This document shows positions 16,923 to 26,626 of a stretch of 30,401 nucleotides of DNA, piece after piece. The notes under the pieces were generated by a model, which ran no database searches, was not told the origin of the DNA, and was given only the letters and a program-made list of their open reading frames with translations. Position numbers and translations under genes: made by a program. Where the stretch lies: positions 1 through 30,401 of the forward strand of contig JAKOXJ010000042.1 of assembly GCA_029781075.1 (NCBI GenBank). The letters are read 5' to 3'. The stretch comes from a bacterium. Lineage in GTDB: Bacteria; Patescibacteriota; Saccharimonadia; Saccharimonadales; HK-STAS-PATE-42. The number at the start of each line of letters is the position of its first letter. Within the stretch, counting starts at the first letter, position 1.

Positions 16923-18926
16923 ATGAATATCGCCCAAGCAGAAAAGCGAGTTGCCAAGCTTCGAGAATTAATTAACGATTATCGCTATAAATATCACGTG
17001 CTCGATGAGAGTACTATGAGTGAGGCGGTAGCTGATAGTTTAAAGCATGAGCTGGCCGAGCTTGAAGCTAAATATCCAGAGCTAGTTACTCCCGATTCTC
17101 CAACTCAGAGTATCCCAGGTGAAATAGCCAAAGGTTTTAAGAAGGTGCAGCACCAGACTCGCATGCTAAGTTTAAATGACGTATTTAGTAAAGAAGAGAT
17201 CGAAAATTGGGTTGTTAGGATTAAGAAATTAGTTCCGGATGAGAAGTTAGAGTATTTCTCTGACATAAAGCTAGATGGACTTGCATGCTCCTTGGTTTAC
17301 GAAGATGGAGTTCTTGTAAGAGGAGCAACTAGAGGTGACAGTTTTGTTGGTGAGGATGTAACCTCTAACATAAAAACTCTAGAAAGTGTGCCCTTAAGAT
17401 TAAGAGGAGCTAGTGATTTTAGTAAAGGTAGGACAGAGGTAAGGGGCGAAATAGTGATCTTTAAAGAAGAATTCACCAAACTTAATGCCAAGTTAGAAAA
17501 AGATGGCCTAAAAACTTATGCCAACCCCAGAAACCTTGCCGCAGGAACGATTAGACAACTAGACCCAAAGCTCGTGGCTGCTAGACCGCTCACCTTCTTT
17601 GCGTATGATCTTATCCATGAAGGTTTTGATGCAACACATGAGCAAGTTTACACAAGCTTAAACAAACTTGGTTTTAAAACCTCTGGTGTCCATAGGGTAT
17701 TCAACAATGTGGATGGCCTTGAGAAGTATATCTCGCAGTGGGCAGATAAAAGACAGGAGCTTAAGTTCAATACAGATGGCTTTGTTATTAAAGTTAATGA
17801 TCGGGAGTTATACGAAAAACTTGGTGTAGTGGGTAAGGCTCCTAGAGGTGCTGTTGCATATAAATATCCGGCAGAACAAAGTACAACTAAAGTAAGGGAC
17901 ATATTTATATCAATCGGTAGGACTGGCTCTGCTACTCCAGTGGCAATTCTTGAACCAGTTAATCTGGCTGGAACTACGGTATCGATGGCTACTCTACATA
18001 ATGCTGGTGAGATTAAGAGAAAAGACATAAGAGTTGGCGATACAGTTATCGTAGAAAAAGCTGGAGATATTATTCCAGCTGTTGTGGAAAGCTTAAAAGA
18101 CTTGAGATCTGATAATGAAGAAGAATTCAAATTTCCAACTAAATGTCCTGAGTGTAATACGGATCTAGTAAAACTAAAGGAGGATGAGGCTGTCTGGCGC
18201 TGTCCTAATAACTCGTGCCCTGCTAGGGTTAGTAAGAGAATACAGCACTTTGCCTCTCGCGGAGCACTCGACATTGACGGCATGGGAGAAAAGAACGTTG
18301 AGGCACTTTTAGAAGCCAAGTTAATATCTGATTCAGCGGATCTATATTCTTTAAAATACGAAGATGTCTTAGATTTAGAGCGCTTTGCAGAGACATCTAG
18401 TAAGAATTTAATTGAAGCCATCAGTGCTAAGAAGAATCCGCCCTTAGCTAAGTTCATTTATGCTCTTGGCGTTAGACAGGTTGGTGCTCAAACTGCGATT
18501 GATCTAGCTAATAAATTCAAAACTATTGACAAGCTTAGTGAAGCAAACCTAGAGGATCTATTAGAGGTCGAAGGTATCGGCGAAGTTGTGGCAGAGAGCA
18601 TTTTGACCTGGTTCGGAGATCCAGATAATCAAAAGTTGCTGGAGAAGTTTTATAAGAATGGAGTTAGGCCCGAGAATGTCGAAGATGTCTCCGGAGGCAA
18701 GTTGGAAGGGATCAGTTTTGTTATAACCGGTAGTATCTCTGGCATGAGCCGTGAAGAAGCAGCAGATAGAATTAGAGCTCTTGGAGGAACCTTCCAAAGT
18801 TCTGTAGGCAAAGGAACTACCTATTTAGTTGCGGGTGGAGCCGTTGGAGAATCTAAACTCAAAAAAGCCGAGCAATATGGAACAAAAGTTATAGATGAAG
18901 AAGAATTTATCAATATTATCAAGTAA
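16923..18926 (+). CDS. ligA: NAD-dependent DNA ligase
   Basis: MLSLND, KLDG, VRGE, NPRNLAAG, AVAYKY, GDIIP, CPEC...CPNNSC zinc finger, HhH repeats, BRCT. Confidence 0.99.
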   Translation: MNIAQAEKRVAKLRELINDYRYKYHVLDESTMSEAVADSLKHELAELEAKYPELVTPDSPTQSIPGEIAKGFKKVQHQTRMLSLNDVFSKEEIENWVVRIKKLVPDEKLEYFSDIKLDGLACSLVYEDGVLVRGATRGDSFVGEDVTSNIKTLESVPLRLRGASDFSKGRTEVRGEIVIFKEEFTKLNAKLEKDGLKTYANPRNLAAGTIRQLDPKLVAARPLTFFAYDLIHEGFDATHEQVYTSLNKLGFKTSGVHRVFNNVDGLEKYISQWADKRQELKFNTDGFVIKVNDRELYEKLGVVGKAPRGAVAYKYPAEQSTTKVRDIFISIGRTGSATPVAILEPVNLAGTTVSMATLHNAGEIKRKDIRVGDTVIVEKAGDIIPAVVESLKDLRSDNEEEFKFPTKCPECNTDLVKLKEDEAVWRCPNNSCPARVSKRIQHFASRGALDIDGMGEKNVEALLEAKLISDSADLYSLKYEDVLDLERFAETSSKNLIEAISAKKNPPLAKFIYALGVRQVGAQTAIDLANKFKTIDKLSEANLEDLLEVEGIGEVVAESILTWFGDPDNQKLLEKFYKNGVRPENVEDVSGGKLEGISFVITGSISGMSREEAADRIRALGGTFQSSVGKGTTYLVAGGAVGESKLKKAEQYGTKVIDEEEFINIIK

Positions 18927-18948
18927 CAATCTGTATAATTATTGATTA

Positions 18949-19368
18949 ATGAATAGATTGATTATAGAGTACCCAGAGATATCTTCAAAAGTTATTATTG
19001 TTAATGAGGATAAGGCGCTATTGATTAAGAGACGTACATTAGATCCTTACGCTCCAAGAAGATGGGACATTCCAGGCGGTGGCTCTGACCCAGGTGAGGA
19101 TGCCATCCAGACAGCTATTAGAGAGCTAGAAGAAGAGATTGGTCATAGAGCTGATAAAGATAAAGTCTTCTTGCATAATAAAAAGAAGGTTAATAAACCA
19201 AATACAATCTACCACCGTCATACTTTTGTATACAAGATTGATAAAAGGTTTGATCCTAAACTTAGTAAAGAGCACTCAGAATTTAAATGGATGGGCATAA
19301 AGGAAATAGAAGAGACAAATCTTCCTGATCATTACAAAGTAGTGTGCAGAGAAGTTTTAGCTAATTAG
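18949..19368 (+). CDS. NUDIX hydrolase
   Basis: WDIPGGGSDPGEDAIQTAIRELEEEIG Nudix box; SKEHSEFKW. Confidence 0.9.
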   Translation: MNRLIIEYPEISSKVIIVNEDKALLIKRRTLDPYAPRRWDIPGGGSDPGEDAIQTAIRELEEEIGHRADKDKVFLHNKKKVNKPNTIYHRHTFVYKIDKRFDPKLSKEHSEFKWMGIKEIEETNLPDHYKVVCREVLAN

Positions 19369-21125
19369 CCGATATCGAACTTCTCTAATGCTTTCTTGGC
19401 GGCTCTTGTACCAGAGTTTTGTAGGTTAAGTAGCTCTGCATAGACTCCGCCTGTTTTAGCAAGTTCTGTTGGAGAACCAACTTCGTCAACCTTACCTCCC
19501 TTGAGAGTCACGATTACATCCGCGCCAGAGATTGTAGAGAGTCTGTGGGCGATAATAAGCGTAGTCTTGTTTTGCATCAAATGATCAAGGGCGACCTGTA
19601 CTTCTTTTTCTGCCTTAGAGTCTAGTGAGCTTGTTGCCTCATCTAGAACTAGTATTGGAGCATTCTTAAGAATTGTCCTAGCGATAGTAACTCTTTGTTT
19701 CTGTCCTCCAGAGAGTTTTACCCCACGCTCACCGATATATGATTCATAGCCATCTTTAAACTTAGATATAAATCCATCTGCGTTGGCGGCCTTAGCGGCT
19801 GCAATGATTTCTTTCTTAGTAGCTTTGGGATTCCCATAAGCGATGTTTTCATAAATCGTGCCAGAAAAAAGTGCTGGCTCTTGCAAGACTAGGCCTATTT
19901 GCTTTCTGAGATTAACGGTTTCTAGCTCATTGATATCAACTCCGTCGATATAAATAGATCCAGAAGTGGGTGTATAGAGTTTAAGTAGTAAGTGAGCTAG
20001 AGTAGATTTGCCTTGTCCGGATTCTCCTACTAAAGCCACTTTTTGACCTGGCTTAATTTCAAAATTGACATCTTTAAAAACCTTTTCTCCGTGCTTATAA
20101 GAAAAATTGACATCTTTAAACTTGACAGAGCCTTCGACTTTTTCCAAGACTTTAGTAGCAGATCGGTCTTCTTCTAAAACATCTAGGGTAGCAAAATAAT
20201 CTTTAGAACTTGTGATTGCCCTTTGCATTTCATCAATAAGGTAAGAAATTGTGAAGATAGGCATACGAATGATCATTGAGAACTGGAAGAGTGCCATAGC
20301 TTGACCTAGGGTAATTGTCTTAGAGTAAAGCTGTAAAATAATCGTCAAATAGACCATCCCAAAGATCACGTTAACTACAGCTCTTCTTTCAACATCCTTT
20401 TTGTGCCAATAAATACTTTGTTTGACATTTATAGGTATTAACTTGGATAGAGTTTTGTTGAAAAAGCTTAGTTCTCGATCTTCTGAACTAAAGCTTTTAA
20501 TGGTCTTTATATTTGAGACTACCTCCTGAAACCTACCTGCTGCAGTGTCCTTAAGTGTGTTCTTTTCAAGCTCATAGCCCTGCCAAGTATCAGAGCTCCG
20601 CTTAGTGAGCCATATATAGATTGGGTAAAGCGAAGCAAGAATTATGCCGACTGGAATGCTGAATTTAAAAACAATGAACAATGACAGCACGGTGGTAGCT
20701 ACAAAATTTAGGAAGCCGTTGGAAAAAGCTTGTAGAAATTGGGCAATACCGTTAGTAGAACGACCAAGACGACTTGTTATAGTACCGGTCAACTCTTCAT
20801 CGAAGTAGCCTTGGGGTAATCTAAGCATTTTTTCGTAAAATTTGTCAGCGAGAAAGTTAAAAGTCTTAGTACTCATCTGATCTCCAAGGTAGCCGTTGAT
20901 GTTTTCTATGACAGTTGTACCAAAATCTGCACTAAATAGAAGAAGTACTAGGTATACAGCGGCAGTTTGAGTAAGAGCTCCGGACGTAAAACCATCTACT
21001 AATTTTTGAGTAATAAGGGGGGTAAACTGGCTTAGAATAGCCATGAGCAAACTTAAAATACCAATGGAGATATAATACTTCCACAAGTGTCCACAAAACT
21101 TTAATATTTTTATAAGGGGCTTCAT
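19365..21125 (-). CDS. ABC exporter, fused permease and ATPase (MdlB/MsbA-like)
   Basis: Six TM helices, Walker A GESGQGKST, LSGGQKQR signature, LVLDEATSSLD, IAHRLST. ATG 21125 preferred over TTG 21128. Confidence 0.95.
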   Translation of the reverse strand: MKPLIKILKFCGHLWKYYISIGILSLLMAILSQFTPLITQKLVDGFTSGALTQTAAVYLVLLLFSADFGTTVIENINGYLGDQMSTKTFNFLADKFYEKMLRLPQGYFDEELTGTITSRLGRSTNGIAQFLQAFSNGFLNFVATTVLSLFIVFKFSIPVGIILASLYPIYIWLTKRSSDTWQGYELEKNTLKDTAAGRFQEVVSNIKTIKSFSSEDRELSFFNKTLSKLIPINVKQSIYWHKKDVERRAVVNVIFGMVYLTIILQLYSKTITLGQAMALFQFSMIIRMPIFTISYLIDEMQRAITSSKDYFATLDVLEEDRSATKVLEKVEGSVKFKDVNFSYKHGEKVFKDVNFEIKPGQKVALVGESGQGKSTLAHLLLKLYTPTSGSIYIDGVDINELETVNLRKQIGLVLQEPALFSGTIYENIAYGNPKATKKEIIAAAKAANADGFISKFKDGYESYIGERGVKLSGGQKQRVTIARTILKNAPILVLDEATSSLDSKAEKEVQVALDHLMQNKTTLIIAHRLSTISGADVIVTLKGGKVDEVGSPTELAKTGGVYAELLNLQNSGTRAAKKALEKFDIG

Positions 21126-21142
21126 CAACTAAAAATTATAGA

Positions 21143-21934
21143 CTACTCCTCTAGGCTAATTAGAAGGCTGAGCAGGCCCTGCCAATTACCAAGTGAGAGT
21201 TGTTCTGCCCTAACTTCTGGATCTAGTGTCAGTGGGGAAAGCAGCTTTGTGACCTCTTGCTTAGTTTTATGTAAACCAGCTGCCAGGTTATTTATTAAAG
21301 TTTTTCTTGGTGAAGAAAAAGCAAACTTAACAAGCTGAGAATATTCTTTAAAGTTTAAATTTGAGAAGAGAGGTTCTTCTCTTTTATCGAGAATGATGAC
21401 CTGGGAATTAACTTTAGGAGGCGGGTTGAATGACTTTGGTGACACTTTAATGCCAAGTTCTGTGGAATAGTAATATGCAGCAAGCATAGCTAGTTTATTA
21501 CTGTCTCCTTTTTCTGGAGATTGGACAATCTTCTCAGCGACTTCTTGTTGAACCAATACGACTGCTCTCTTTGGCTTATTGTTAGTTTCTATAATTATTC
21601 TAAAAAAGATACCAGAAATATAATAAGGAAGATTAGTCACCAATTTGTAGTCTTTAGGTAGTTCTTCAAAGTTAAACTTGCGGATATCAGAATTCTGAAC
21701 TTTCAAGTTACTTTTGCCTGGAAAACTCTTTGGAAGATTCTCAGCCAAAGTTTCGTCATACTCAACCGCTAAAACTTCTGCACCTGATTTAAGAAGTCTT
21801 GAAGTGAGCGTCCCTAGCCCAGGCCCGACCTCTACTATAAAATCGTCTTTATTGAGCTCAGCGTAGTCTGTAATAGTCTGTAATATCAGAGGATCCTGTA
21901 GCCAGTGCTGACCAAGCTTCTTATTTGCTGGCAT
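21143..21934 (-). CDS. rsmA: 16S rRNA m6,2A dimethyltransferase
   Basis: KKLGQHWL, VEVGPGLGTLT, NLPYYIS, SFNPPPKVNS, VRAEQLS. Confidence 0.96.
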   Translation of the reverse strand: MPANKKLGQHWLQDPLILQTITDYAELNKDDFIVEVGPGLGTLTSRLLKSGAEVLAVEYDETLAENLPKSFPGKSNLKVQNSDIRKFNFEELPKDYKLVTNLPYYISGIFFRIIIETNNKPKRAVVLVQQEVAEKIVQSPEKGDSNKLAMLAAYYYSTELGIKVSPKSFNPPPKVNSQVIILDKREEPLFSNLNFKEYSQLVKFAFSSPRKTLINNLAAGLHKTKQEVTKLLSPLTLDPEVRAEQLSLGNWQGLLSLLISLEE

Positions 21935-22781
21935 TTAAACTTTCTAATATCTTAATTCTTTCTTCTATTGGAGGATGAGTAGAGAAGAGTCGGCTGACCT
22001 TATTCGACTTTAGTGGGTTGGCAATAAATAGATGAGCTGTTGAGGTAGAGGGTCTACTTAAAGTTGACTTACCACTTATCTTTCTAAGAGCGCTAGCCAG
22101 ATCTTTTGGCTTATGAGTAATCTCTGCACCAGACAGATCGGCTGCATATTCTCGCTGGCGAGATACAGCAGCCTGGACTAAGAATCCTATAAGAGAAGAT
22201 ATCATAGAGATGACTATATAGCTCAAGAAACCTCCCCTGTCTTCGTCTCCAAAGAGAATCGTTCTTAAGAAGAAATCGATAATCAGATTTAGTGAAGTTA
22301 TACAGGCAAATACAATCATCATTAACCTAATATCATAATTCTTAACATGCGATATCTCGTGTGACAGAACCGCCCTAAGCTCATCCTCATTGAGAACTTC
22401 TAGTATTCCAGCTGTAACCGCAACGTGGGCGTTCTCTGGAGACCTTCCTGTGGCGAATGCGTTTGCTCCTTTGTCTGGAACGACGTAAAGCCTTGGCATT
22501 GGTAGGCCTGCATCTTTGGTAAGATCACTTACTATTCTGTATATATCTGGGGCATCTTTTTTGGTGATTGGTTTTGCACGATTTACTTTTAGTGCGATAC
22601 TGGCTGCAGAGAAGTAACTTATAATAGAATAAACTAGCCCAAAAACAACTGAGAAAATAATTGCCGTATTATTTCCAGTAAATTGATAATACAGCCAGCC
22701 TAAGAAGGCTGTGAATAATAATAGACAGAGAATAATAAAGTTGGACTTTAGCTTATTTCTTGTTGCGGAATGTGTATGCAT
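21921..22781 (-). CDS. htpX: M48 family zinc metalloprotease HtpX
   Basis: NAFATGRSP, AVLSHEISH (HExxH), SRQREYAAD, FSTHPPIEERI. Confidence 0.95.
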   Translation of the reverse strand: MHTHSATRNKLKSNFIILCLLLFTAFLGWLYYQFTGNNTAIIFSVVFGLVYSIISYFSAASIALKVNRAKPITKKDAPDIYRIVSDLTKDAGLPMPRLYVVPDKGANAFATGRSPENAHVAVTAGILEVLNEDELRAVLSHEISHVKNYDIRLMMIVFACITSLNLIIDFFLRTILFGDEDRGGFLSYIVISMISSLIGFLVQAAVSRQREYAADLSGAEITHKPKDLASALRKISGKSTLSRPSTSTAHLFIANPLKSNKVSRLFSTHPPIEERIKILESLNASK

Positions 22782-22803
22782 ACATCCCAGATTATATCAG
22801 TTA

Positions 22804-23220
22804 TCAGCTTGAGGCACTCTTTTTGGTGAATTCAGCTTCTTTTTCTAGGTTAACCTTGATCTCGTAGGATTTACATAGGCCATTTGAGCAATCCGCTGGA
22901 TAGTATCTGTACTCAGCATTTGGCTGGCCTAGTATTACTCCCTTAGTATCAACAAGTGCCTCGGGATCTATGCCATTTAAGTTACCCTGAGTTATTGTCT
23001 CTGGATACAAGTTATCCTTTTTACTAGCTTCTAGGGAAAAGTAAATCGCGCTAATGTCCCTTTTTCTTTGGACATCACGCGCATCTGCAGCATTTTGTCT
23101 TAGAAGATAGGAAAATAGAATACCAAGTACAGAAAATATAACTAGAACGACCAGTAGTTCTAGCGCTGTGTAGCCGAAGTTATCAAGTTTTTTAAGTTTC
23201 ATATTACTTAAGTTTATCAT
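22804..23220 (-). CDS. Type IV pilin / pseudopilin-like protein (alternative start 23202)
   Basis: Class III signal G-YTALELLVVLVI, RD-QRKRDI, one Cys pair near the C-terminus. Confidence 0.85.
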   Translation of the reverse strand: MINLSNMKLKKLDNFGYTALELLVVLVIFSVLGILFSYLLRQNAADARDVQRKRDISAIYFSLEASKKDNLYPETITQGNLNGIDPEALVDTKGVILGQPNAEYRYYPADCSNGLCKSYEIKVNLEKEAEFTKKSASS

Positions 23221-23270
23221 AACTTATATTATGATCTTTATCATAAAATATGATACAATTTAACAGTGAT

Positions 23271-23345
23271 GCGGGTGTGGTATAATGGCTATTATTCCTG
23301 CCTTCCAAGCAGGCGATGAGAGTTCGATTCTCTCCACCCGCACCA
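23271..23345 (+). tRNA. tRNA-Gly, anticodon TCC
   Basis: Acceptor GCGGGTG/CACCCGC, anticodon arm CCTGC-CTTCCAA-GCAGG, T arm GAGAG-TTCGATT-CTCTC, CCA; TG-A-TACAAT at 23251-23259. Confidence 0.97.
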
Positions 23346-23362
23346 AGCCTAATCTTATATAT

Positions 23363-23388
23363 GACTCTTCTATGTAGGAGTCTTTTTT
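23363..23388 (+). terminator. Intrinsic terminator after tRNA-Gly
   Basis: GACTCTT-CTATGT-AGGAGTC stem followed by TTTTTT. Confidence 0.7.
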
Positions 23389-23535
23389 ATTTATCTGATT
23401 TGTTCTTTTGAGATCTCTGGTCAATAACACTCTTTGCAACAAGTAAAGATAGGATGCTTGCTGATCTTTTTGCTTTCAGTTTCATGATTTATGTATAGAT
23501 TTAGTCAATTAATAATACTAAATGATACACTTAGC

Positions 23536-24312
23536 TTAATGGCCGAGCTTATCCAGAGCTTCTCCTGCCGCAGCCTGCTGAGCTGTTTGTTTGCTGTGAC
23601 CAGTTCCCTTACCATAGATCTTACCCTTTATATAAGCACCAAGGGTGAAGGATTTATCATGGTCGGGACCAGATTCTTCTAGAACTCTATAGACTGGGGG
23701 TACACCAAACCTTGACTGGGCAAGCTCCTGAAGGATAGACTTTGGATCTCGCCAACTTTCAGTCTCTATCATTGTGCTAGTTTTTGTTAATAGGTTGTCT
23801 GCAATGAATTTTTCTGCAACATCAAAACCGAACTCGAGATAGAGTGCTCCAACGAATGCCTCAAAAGTATTAGCTAGAATTTGTAAACGAGACCTTTCTA
23901 GGTTTAGCTTCTCCCCCTTACTTAAGCGAAGAAATCTATCCATTTCTAATGAATCTGCTACGGCGCCAATGCTTTCTGTCCTAACTAGTGCGGACCTCCA
24001 GGCAGTTAGAACCCCTTCCGGCTCGTCTGGATACTCAGCATAGAGATATCTAGTGACTGCAAGTTCTAGAACTGCGTCGCCTAAGAATTCTAGGCGCTCA
24101 TTATTCTTGAACTTAGACTTTTTGTGCTCATTGACATAGCTCCTGTGGGTGAATGCATTTAGAAGGAGTCCTAGATTAGAGAATTCTTTAGAGATAACCT
24201 CTGCTGAGAAAGTCTGATATGGAGTCATGTCAACTCCCTGAAAGAATATTCCTGGGTTTTTGGCCTCTTGAGGCGTTTCTTGAGGCTTTGGTTTTAAACT
24301 TTGACGTGGCAT
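23536..24312 (-). CDS. rnc: Ribonuclease III
   Basis: AFTHRSY, NNERLEFLGDAVL, ANTFEAFVGALYL, dsRBD with GPDHDK. Confidence 0.97.
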   Translation of the reverse strand: MPRQSLKPKPQETPQEAKNPGIFFQGVDMTPYQTFSAEVISKEFSNLGLLLNAFTHRSYVNEHKKSKFKNNERLEFLGDAVLELAVTRYLYAEYPDEPEGVLTAWRSALVRTESIGAVADSLEMDRFLRLSKGEKLNLERSRLQILANTFEAFVGALYLEFGFDVAEKFIADNLLTKTSTMIETESWRDPKSILQELAQSRFGVPPVYRVLEESGPDHDKSFTLGAYIKGKIYGKGTGHSKQTAQQAAAGEALDKLGH

Positions 24313-24329
24313 ATTTTAGTTTATTACTC

Positions 24330-24950
24330 TTAAGCAGATATTTTAGCACCCGGGGTTCTTTCTCTTATCTTACGAAGACCTACGAGCATTAATGTCTCAA
24401 TTGCTTCATACTGTATCAGGTCTAGAGCGGTAGAGAATTCGAACCACCCGATACTTTTCATCCAAGGATCTACAGTGCGAATGGCAGAAGTATCTCCTCG
24501 TGCCTCTATTAAGAAGATGTGCATGGTCATGAGTACTAAAGTGTTTTGACGTCTATATTGGAATGTTGATTTACCTAAGTGCTCATAGACTTTCATCTCC
24601 TGGAGGTCAGTCTCTTCGCGAACTTCTCTTTCTGCAGTCTGGCTAGTAACTTCTCCAGGCTCTACATGACCTTTTGGAATTGTCCAGCGATCACGAGAGT
24701 CTTGGGCTAATAAAATCTCTATTACACCGGCTTTATTGATTCTGTAAACGACTCCTCCTGCTGTAACTTCTTTTACGGCTTCTTTTATAAGAGGTCTTTT
24801 GACGATACGTCCAAAGCTTTTGAGAGGTGAGCCGGACTTATTGTTCTTCAAGTCTCCCTGGTAGCTGTTTTCTTGAGAAGAATTAACACTACTCTTAGGG
24901 TGATCTTTGCCCCTTGGAGATTTATTATTGTCCTTTTCTTGTTCTGACAT
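24330..24950 (-). CDS. NUDIX hydrolase with low-complexity N-terminal extension
   Basis: AGGVVYR, WTIPKGHVEPGE...AEREVREETDL. Confidence 0.88.
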   Translation of the reverse strand: MSEQEKDNNKSPRGKDHPKSSVNSSQENSYQGDLKNNKSGSPLKSFGRIVKRPLIKEAVKEVTAGGVVYRINKAGVIEILLAQDSRDRWTIPKGHVEPGEVTSQTAEREVREETDLQEMKVYEHLGKSTFQYRRQNTLVLMTMHIFLIEARGDTSAIRTVDPWMKSIGWFEFSTALDLIQYEAIETLMLVGLRKIRERTPGAKISA

Positions 24951-24956
24951 TACTTT

Positions 24957-25409
24957 TTATTTTTTAGCTTTAATTTCTTGAGTGAATAAACTCTTATATA
25001 CACTACCTAGTACACCGTTTATGAACTTAGCCGCATTATCACCGCCAAATTGCTTAGCTAGTTCAACGGCCTCGTCTATTGCCACCTTATAGGGAACGTC
25101 CTGATATGGGAACTTAAGCTCGTAGACCGCAAGCCTAATGATTGATACTTCTACCATCGGTATCTGATCGAGTGGCCAGTTGGTTGCAAATGGCAACCAT
25201 AACTTATCTAGCTCCTCTTGCTTATCTACAACTCCCTTTATTACAGCTCTTACAAAATCCGTATCCTGGATGTTATCTTTATGGACGGAAAGGGCCCTAG
25301 CAGAGATATCTTCAATGGCAAGGTTAGGATCTTTAAGACTACTCCGAACGAAGTACTCGTAAAGAGCCTGCATTGCTACGATTCTGCCAAGGTGCCGGTT
25401 TGCCGCCAT
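24957..25409 (-). CDS. nusB: Transcription antitermination factor NusB
   Basis: RIVAMQALY, IIRLAVYE, VAIDEAVELAKQFG, KFINGVLG. Confidence 0.96.
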   Translation of the reverse strand: MAANRHLGRIVAMQALYEYFVRSSLKDPNLAIEDISARALSVHKDNIQDTDFVRAVIKGVVDKQEELDKLWLPFATNWPLDQIPMVEVSIIRLAVYELKFPYQDVPYKVAIDEAVELAKQFGGDNAAKFINGVLGSVYKSLFTQEIKAKK

Positions 25410-25475
25410 ACTGTCCTAATTCTACCCTATCTTCTAGGATAATTGAAGCTGAGATTTACTAAACTTATTGTGCTA

Positions 25476-25652
25476 CTATTTCTTAGCTTTAACTTGAGAA
25501 GTGAGTCTTTTGCCACTTTCTCTTTTTGTTGTAAAAGCTTTAACTGGACTCTTGCTGTTTACGGCCCTAGCTAGAGTTAAACGGAGATGAGATCGCCTTA
25601 AGCCGGTTTTTCTGTGTGAGGTTCGCCTCTTTGGTACTGTATTCTTTGCCAT
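25476..25652 (-). CDS. rpmF: 50S ribosomal protein L32 (bL32), cysteine-free form
   Basis: Missed by the ORF track. Manual translation: MAKNTVPKRRTSHRKTGLRRSHLRLTLARAVNSKSPVKAFTTKRESGKRLTSQVKAKK; VPKRRTS...RRSH motif; directly upstream of nusB. Confidence 0.9.
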   Translation of the reverse strand: MAKNTVPKRRTSHRKTGLRRSHLRLTLARAVNSKSPVKAFTTKRESGKRLTSQVKAKK

Positions 25653-25729
25653 TTTAGTTTAAATAAGTTTATTGGTTCAGACCTATATTGTATATTAACA
25701 GAGCCAGAAAGTCTATATTTGTAATAGTT

Positions 25730-26611
25730 TTATTCTCGCTCAGAAACCCTATGTTTAAGCTTCGTACGTTTGACTCCAAAAATTGATGCACTGGTTGCAG
25801 CGATGACTGCGGCGATAATAATACTAATAGTTAGTACAGAACCAGTCTTAGGTGGTTTAACTGTAGAATTAGCGATAGTTTGTGGCACACAATTTGAGTC
25901 ATCATATGTGACTTCGAGATATACATAATCTAGGTATCCCGAGATATTTATCACGTCACCTAATCCTCCCTGACCCATAGAAACTATAATCCGAGAACTA
26001 GGGTCATTTATATCATTATTTGTCATTAGGGTTTGAGTTGGGGCGGAACTTTGAGTAAGGGTTGTTGGGACAATACCACTGAAAGGTTGGCCGTTTGACA
26101 TGTTCATAGATATTAATAGACCACCGAATATATTATTCAGGTACTGGATGGCTCCAGTAGAAGAATTTATTCGTACACTTATATTAGGTACACCATTGTC
26201 AAAATCTACCTCTCCTACTACTGCTAGGTCGCTGGGCTGAGTCTTAGCTTCGCTTGACCTCCAGGTAGAATGCACTGTAACTCCTTGTATCGTAGCTCCA
26301 GAACAAATAGCATTTTTTTCATAATCAATCATCATTATCGTACTAGCAGGATAATCACCTGGGCCTGGCAATTGTGGGTCAAATAAAACGAACTGGCCAT
26401 CTTCGGCAAGTATATTACTTAGATCTGTACCACCTCCACCAGAAATTATGTTCGGAATTGTTGAATTGTCGTTGTAAACATATGCCTTTCCTAACTTAGC
26501 GTCAATAGGCTTCAGTATCTTTGTCTGTGTTGCAGCAAAACTAGTTGCCGAAACTACGAAACAACTTAGTAATGGTGCTAGAAATAAGAGGGCTTTTGTT
26601 TTCTTCATCAT
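25730..26611 (-). CDS. Secreted surface protein with LPXTG-like C-terminal anchor
   Basis: Signal peptide ending SFA-A; C-terminal PPKTG, hydrophobic helix and basic tail KRTKLKHR. Confidence 0.75.
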   Translation of the reverse strand: MMKKTKALLFLAPLLSCFVVSATSFAATQTKILKPIDAKLGKAYVYNDNSTIPNIISGGGGTDLSNILAEDGQFVLFDPQLPGPGDYPASTIMMIDYEKNAICSGATIQGVTVHSTWRSSEAKTQPSDLAVVGEVDFDNGVPNISVRINSSTGAIQYLNNIFGGLLISMNMSNGQPFSGIVPTTLTQSSAPTQTLMTNNDINDPSSRIIVSMGQGGLGDVINISGYLDYVYLEVTYDDSNCVPQTIANSTVKPPKTGSVLTISIIIAAVIAATSASIFGVKRTKLKHRVSERE

Positions 26612-26626
26612 TTAAGACAAATTTTA

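Noticed and set aside
20061-20120. 18-bp exact direct repeat AAAATTGACATCTTTAAA
   Set aside because: It encodes FKDVNF twice at the start of the ABC ATPase domain; two copies in coding DNA, no array and no target-site pattern.
23260-23442. 60-aa minus-strand ORF
   Set aside because: It is antisense to tRNA-Gly and its terminator.
23387-23485. 32-codon basic ORF after rnc (MKLKAKRSASILSLLVAKSVIDQRSQKNKSDK)
   Set aside because: Too short, with no motif and no well-placed promoter; expected by chance in AT-rich DNA.
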